Origin: Nitrospirota bacterium
GTDB lineage: Bacteria; Nitrospirota; Nitrospiria; 2-01-FULL-66-17
DNA length: 64,000 nucleotides
Direction of reading: 5' to 3'
Assembly: GCA_049325335.1 (NCBI GenBank)
Contig: JBMOMC010000043.1
Location: forward strand, 181,852-245,851
Shown here piece by piece: positions 60,163 to 64,000 of the stretch (positions within the stretch are counted from its first letter, which is position 1; every line of letters begins with the position of its first letter). The notes below the pieces were generated by a model. The model made no database searches, was not told where the DNA came from, and worked only from the letters and a program-made list of their open reading frames with translations. A program made the position numbers and the translations under genes.

Positions 60163-60521
60163 TGTTCAACGTGTTCAACCGATACGATCAAACCCCGGGT
60201 GGGGTCAATGTGGCGGGCGCCGACGTCAAACAACGGCTGGATCGCGGCGAAAAGGTCGTGCTCTTGGACGTGCGCGAGCAGTGGGAGTGGGACATCGCCC
60301 GCATCAACGGCGCGACCCTGATTCCGTTGGGGCAACTCGAAGCGCGTAAGGGCGAACTCAACCCGCAGGACGAGATCGTCATCTATTGCCACATGGGCGT
60401 GCGCAGCTTAAAGGCGCTCCACTATCTCCAGCAACACGGTTTTACGAACCTCAAAAACCTGTCGGGCGGGATCGAAGCGTGGTCCGCGACGGTCGACCCG
60501 ACCGTCCCTCGCTACCGCTGA
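60159..60521 (+). CDS. Rhodanese-like sulfurtransferase
   Basis: LLDVRE.WE, YCHMGVRS, NLSGGIEAWS..VDP.VPRY. Confidence 0.88.
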   Translation: MMFNVFNRYDQTPGGVNVAGADVKQRLDRGEKVVLLDVREQWEWDIARINGATLIPLGQLEARKGELNPQDEIVIYCHMGVRSLKALHYLQQHGFTNLKNLSGGIEAWSATVDPTVPRYR

Positions 60522-60523
60522 CC

Positions 60524-60862
60524 GTGGCCGACGCGCCGCGGTTCGTGAGGGTCGCGGCGGCGGACGACCTGCCGCCCGGCGGCTCCCTGGCCGTGCGGGT
60601 CGGAGACCTCCCCCTTGCGCTGTTCAACGTATCCGGCGCGGTCCACGCGATCGAGAACGTGTGTCCACACGCGGGCGCGGCACTGGACCGCGGCGTCCGT
60701 ACCGGCCCTTGTCGGGAAATCGTGATCTGCCCCTTCCACGGCTGGCGCTTCGACGTACGCACCGGCCGCTGCCTTCAAATACCGGGTGAAACCATCCGGA
60801 CGTTTTCGGTGCGAGTGGCGGGTGGGGCGATCGAGGTGGAGATAGCCGGGGCGGAGAAATAG
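60524..60862 (+). CDS. Rieske [2Fe-2S] ferredoxin
   Basis: CPH...CPFHGW.FD..TG. Confidence 0.88.
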   Translation: MADAPRFVRVAAADDLPPGGSLAVRVGDLPLALFNVSGAVHAIENVCPHAGAALDRGVRTGPCREIVICPFHGWRFDVRTGRCLQIPGETIRTFSVRVAGGAIEVEIAGAEK

Positions 60863-60902
60863 TCCGAGAGGGCTGAATTGGGCAGCGTGTTCGGTGACGC
60901 GA

Positions 60903-61385
60903 TCAGGCTGCGCGTTTGATCGGACGATCGTTCGTTGGCGCGTCGCCCCGTCGTGTGGCAGGGGGTAGTATCATTTCGGGGGTCAATGTGCGTAGGCTCA
61001 GGAGGTGGATCGTGACCGCGCCGGCCACACACGCGAGCAAGGCACTGACCCACCGAAGCGGCACCACGTACACCGCCGTATACCCGATCACGCTCCATAA
61101 CACCGTGATGGCCGTGACCTTCGTTCGCAGCGGGATGGCCCGGTGTTCGCGATAATTGCGGATATAACTGCCGAACCACGGGTGATTGATTAGCCACTGG
61201 TACGAGCGGTCCGAACTTCGCGCGAAACAGGCGGCGGCCAGGAGCAGGAACGGCGTGGTGGGCAGCAGTGGCAGGAAGATGCCGAGGATGCCGAGGGCCG
61301 TGGCCAGCATCCCCACGGCGGTCAACAGCCGTTGACGTACTGACCTGGGAGGGATCCTCCGCGTGTTCCCGTCCGATTCGCCCAT
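60903..61385 (-). CDS. YbaN/DUF454 family membrane protein
   Basis: LGILGIFLPLLPTTPFLLLAAACFARSS. Confidence 0.88.
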   Translation of the reverse strand: MGESDGNTRRIPPRSVRQRLLTAVGMLATALGILGIFLPLLPTTPFLLLAAACFARSSDRSYQWLINHPWFGSYIRNYREHRAIPLRTKVTAITVLWSVIGYTAVYVVPLRWVSALLACVAGAVTIHLLSLRTLTPEMILPPATRRGDAPTNDRPIKRAA

Positions 61386-61557
61386 CCGTAGACTGTAGTC
61401 GATCCGACCGGGATCGCAAGTCGCGGCGGTGGGGTGTGACGTGGAGGCGGGGGGCATCGCCTTGCCGCGATATGGATGATCTGTTACAGTCGCTTCCGTT
61501 GTCGTCGATATCCTCCACAGGCATGTTGAGCTCGGGTGCGACGCATGAGACGCGACT

Positions 61558-62616
61558 GTGACTGATCGACCGCTGGCCGTCATCGGCGCCGGGGCGTGGG
61601 GCACGGCCCTTGCGCACGTCGCGGCGACGGCCGGACGCCGCGTGCGAGTGTGGTGTTTTGAGCCGGACGTGGCCGAGACGATCGCGCGTGAGCGCCGCAA
61701 CACGCGGTACCTGCCCGGCATCGACCTGCCAGCTCGGATCGAGTCTACGACCGATCTGGCGGAGGCGGTCCGGGACGTTGCGGCGGTTCTCTTGGTCGTG
61801 CCCTCACACGCGTTCCGGTCCGTCTTCACCAAGGTGGCTCCGGTGCTGCCTCCGGATGTGCCGCTCGTGTCCGCGACCAAGGGCATCGAAGTGGACACGC
61901 TGGCGTTCATGACCGACGTGGTGCGCGAACTGCTGCCAGCCGGGAGTCGCCATCCGGTGGCGGTGTTGTCCGGCCCGTCGTTCGCGGTCGAGGTGGCCAA
62001 GGGGCATCCCACCGCGGTCACGTTGGCGTGCCGGGACCCGTTGGCGGCGCGCACGCTCCAAGAGTTGTTCACCACCGACACGTTCAAGCTCTTCACCACC
62101 CCGGATGTGATCGGGGTGCAGGTGGGCGGAGCGCTCAAAAACGTGATCGCGCTCGCGGCCGGCGGGTCGGACGGGTTGGGATTCGGGTCCAACACGCGCG
62201 CCGCATTGATCACGCGGGGTTTGGCCGAACTCACGCGTCTGGGCGTGGCCATGGGCGGGCAGCCGTGGACCTTCGCGGGCTTGTCCGGGTTGGGCGATCT
62301 GGTGCTGACCTGCACGGACCAACAGAGCCGCAACTTCACGGTGGGATATCGCATGGGACGCGGTGAAACCTTGGACGCCATCACGCGCGGCGCGAGCACC
62401 GTGGCCGAAGGCGTTCGCACCGCACGCGCCGCGTACGCGCTCTCGCGCAAGTTTCGCGTGTTGATGCCGATCGTGGAGCAAATCTACGCGGTGCTGTACG
62501 AAGGCAAGGACCCGCGCAAGGCCGTCACCGACCTGATGGAACCCGCGGTCGGAGATGAATTGTTTCGCCCGCCGGAGCGCGGGGGCGGGTGGGGCGATTC
62601 CCCCGGCGTGCGATGA
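61558..62616 (+). CDS. gpsA: NAD(P)H-dependent glycerol-3-phosphate dehydrogenase
   Basis: GAGAWGTALA, ATKGIE, SGPSFA.EV, GALKNV.A, GLGDLVLTC...SRN. Confidence 0.95.
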   Translation: MTDRPLAVIGAGAWGTALAHVAATAGRRVRVWCFEPDVAETIARERRNTRYLPGIDLPARIESTTDLAEAVRDVAAVLLVVPSHAFRSVFTKVAPVLPPDVPLVSATKGIEVDTLAFMTDVVRELLPAGSRHPVAVLSGPSFAVEVAKGHPTAVTLACRDPLAARTLQELFTTDTFKLFTTPDVIGVQVGGALKNVIALAAGGSDGLGFGSNTRAALITRGLAELTRLGVAMGGQPWTFAGLSGLGDLVLTCTDQQSRNFTVGYRMGRGETLDAITRGASTVAEGVRTARAAYALSRKFRVLMPIVEQIYAVLYEGKDPRKAVTDLMEPAVGDELFRPPERGGGWGDSPGVR

Positions 62617-64000
62617 TCGAGATCGAACGGGTCTTGCTCGAACTTGCCGGCGGGGTGAGTCTGTTACGGTACGGGTTGCACCTGGCGGGCGAGGGGCTTC
62701 AGGCCTTGGCCGGCGCGCGCCTTCGGTACGCGTTGGCGTCGGTCACCAAAAACCGCGTCTTGGGGCTCGGGGCCGGGGCCTTGATCACCGCCATCCTGCA
62801 GAGCAGCAGCGCGACGACCGTGATGTTGGTGGGGTTTACCGGTTCGGGTCTGCTCACGCTCCGTCAAGCCGTGGCCGTAATCCTCGGCGCGGACGTGGGC
62901 ACAACCGCCACGGTCCAATTGTTGGCGTTTCCCGTGACCGAGTACGCCTTGGGCGTGATCGTCGCCGGATTCCTGTTCTTTTTCTTCGGACGCCGCCAGC
63001 GGACCAAGACCTTGGGCACCGCGTTGTTGGGATTCGGACTGATTTTCCTTGGACTGCGGTTGATCGCGTCGGGCGCGGAGCCGTTGGTGGACGCGCCGCT
63101 GGTGGGCCAAGCGTTCTTGGCGTTGGGGGATCACCCGGTGCTCGGGATCGCCATTTCGGCCGCGGTGACCGCGATGTTGCACAGCAGCGCCGCGACCATC
63201 GGCATCGCGCTCGCGTTGTCCGCGCACGGCTTATTGACGTTGCACGGGGCGTTACCCATCATCCTGGGCGCCAACGTGGGCACGTGCGCGCCCGCGTTGA
63301 TCTCCAGCCTGGGCGGGGTGCCGGAGGCCAAACGGGTCGCCCTGGCCCACGCGCTCTTTAAGGTGGCGGGGGTGGCGTTGGTCTACCCAGTGTTGCCGCT
63401 GTTCGAGAGTTGGGTGGACCTGTCCGCGTCCGGTCTCCCGCACCAAATCGCGAACGCGCACACCCTGTTCAACCTGGGCCTTGCCGTGGTGTTCCTACCG
63501 TTTACGGTGCCGTTCGCGGGCGTGGTGGCGCGCCTGGTCAAGGAGCGGCCGCTCGGGGACGAGTGGGCGCGGCCCAAGTACCTCGACCCCCATGTGCTGG
63601 ACGTGCCGTCGCTGGCGCTGAGCCAAGCCACGCGGGAGACATTGCGTATGGCGGATCTGGTGCATGAGATGGTGCGCGATACCATCAAGACGTTCGAGGA
63701 CGGCGACCAGGAATTGGTCGAGTCGATCGAGCGCAAGGAAGATTGGGTGGACGCGCTCAACCGCGAGATCAAACTCTATATCACCAAGCTCTCGGAAAAA
63801 TCGCTCACCAAGGAGCAGCTCGACCGGGAGATGGTCTTGCTCGCGGTGATCAACGACCTGGAGAACATCGGGGACATTGTCGACAAGAATCTGATGGAAT
63901 TGGCCAAGAAAAAGCTGTATAAGGATCTGAGATTTTCGGACAACGGCGTCAAGGAAATGGTCGAACTGCACGCACTGGTCGAGCGAAACTTTGAACGCGT
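62613..64000 (+). CDS. Na/Pi cotransporter family protein with PhoU domains, 3'-truncated by the window edge
   Basis: Frame from ATG 62613 (absent from the ORF track because there is no stop): TAILQSSSATT, GADVGTT, LHSSAA, GANVGT, ANAHTLFN, DLENIGD. Confidence 0.9.
   Translation, partial: MIEIERVLLELAGGVSLLRYGLHLAGEGLQALAGARLRYALASVTKNRVLGLGAGALITAILQSSSATTVMLVGFTGSGLLTLRQAVAVILGADVGTTATVQLLAFPVTEYALGVIVAGFLFFFFGRRQRTKTLGTALLGFGLIFLGLRLIASGAEPLVDAPLVGQAFLALGDHPVLGIAISAAVTAMLHSSAATIGIALALSAHGLLTLHGALPIILGANVGTCAPALISSLGGVPEAKRVALAHALFKVAGVALVYPVLPLFESWVDLSASGLPHQIANAHTLFNLGLAVVFLPFTVPFAGVVARLVKERPLGDEWARPKYLDPHVLDVPSLALSQATRETLRMADLVHEMVRDTIKTFEDGDQELVESIERKEDWVDALNREIKLYITKLSEKSLTKEQLDREMVLLAVINDLENIGDIVDKNLMELAKKKLYKDLRFSDNGVKEMVELHALVERNFER

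Noticed and set aside
60903..62450. 515-aa ORF in the track
   Set aside because: Only the last ~160 codons (YbaN family) are credible. The rest is antisense to gpsA.

Overview
High-GC bacterial chromosome segment that is mostly housekeeping genes. LPS genes (lpxC, lptE) together with a complete Pup-proteasome operon point to a diderm, most plausibly Nitrospirota (inference). In order: the 3' part of a giant repetitive surface protein and a secreted partner; an in-frame thiS-thiG fusion and thiE; arc-dop-pup-prcB-prcA-pafA and an M23 peptidase; a small islet (low-GC orphan plus vapBC) bracketed by a degenerate duplication of the M23 gene end; mreBCD-mrdA-rodA-rng-dprA-topA; a csp gene with a terminator-like leader; several hypotheticals, ettA, queE, pepA, nagZ and an XRE regulator; rluD-lspA-ileS-murU-amgK; lpxC; a coiled-coil/winged-helix gene followed by an unannotated 15-aa Lys-rich ORF; an FG-GAP lipoprotein; murJ, rpsT, holA-lptE-leuS; a DUF971/MBL-fold/rhodanese/Rieske cluster; gpsA; and a truncated Na/Pi cotransporter. 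Three MITE-like elements lie in intergenic spaces. The best candidate for an undescribed system is the two-gene unit at about 49390-50120 (a putative nucleoid or silencer protein plus the H1-tail-like micropeptide MATKKPAKKKAAKKK). No rRNA, tRNA or CRISPR array was recognised. All calls come from motif recognition by eye, with no database searches.
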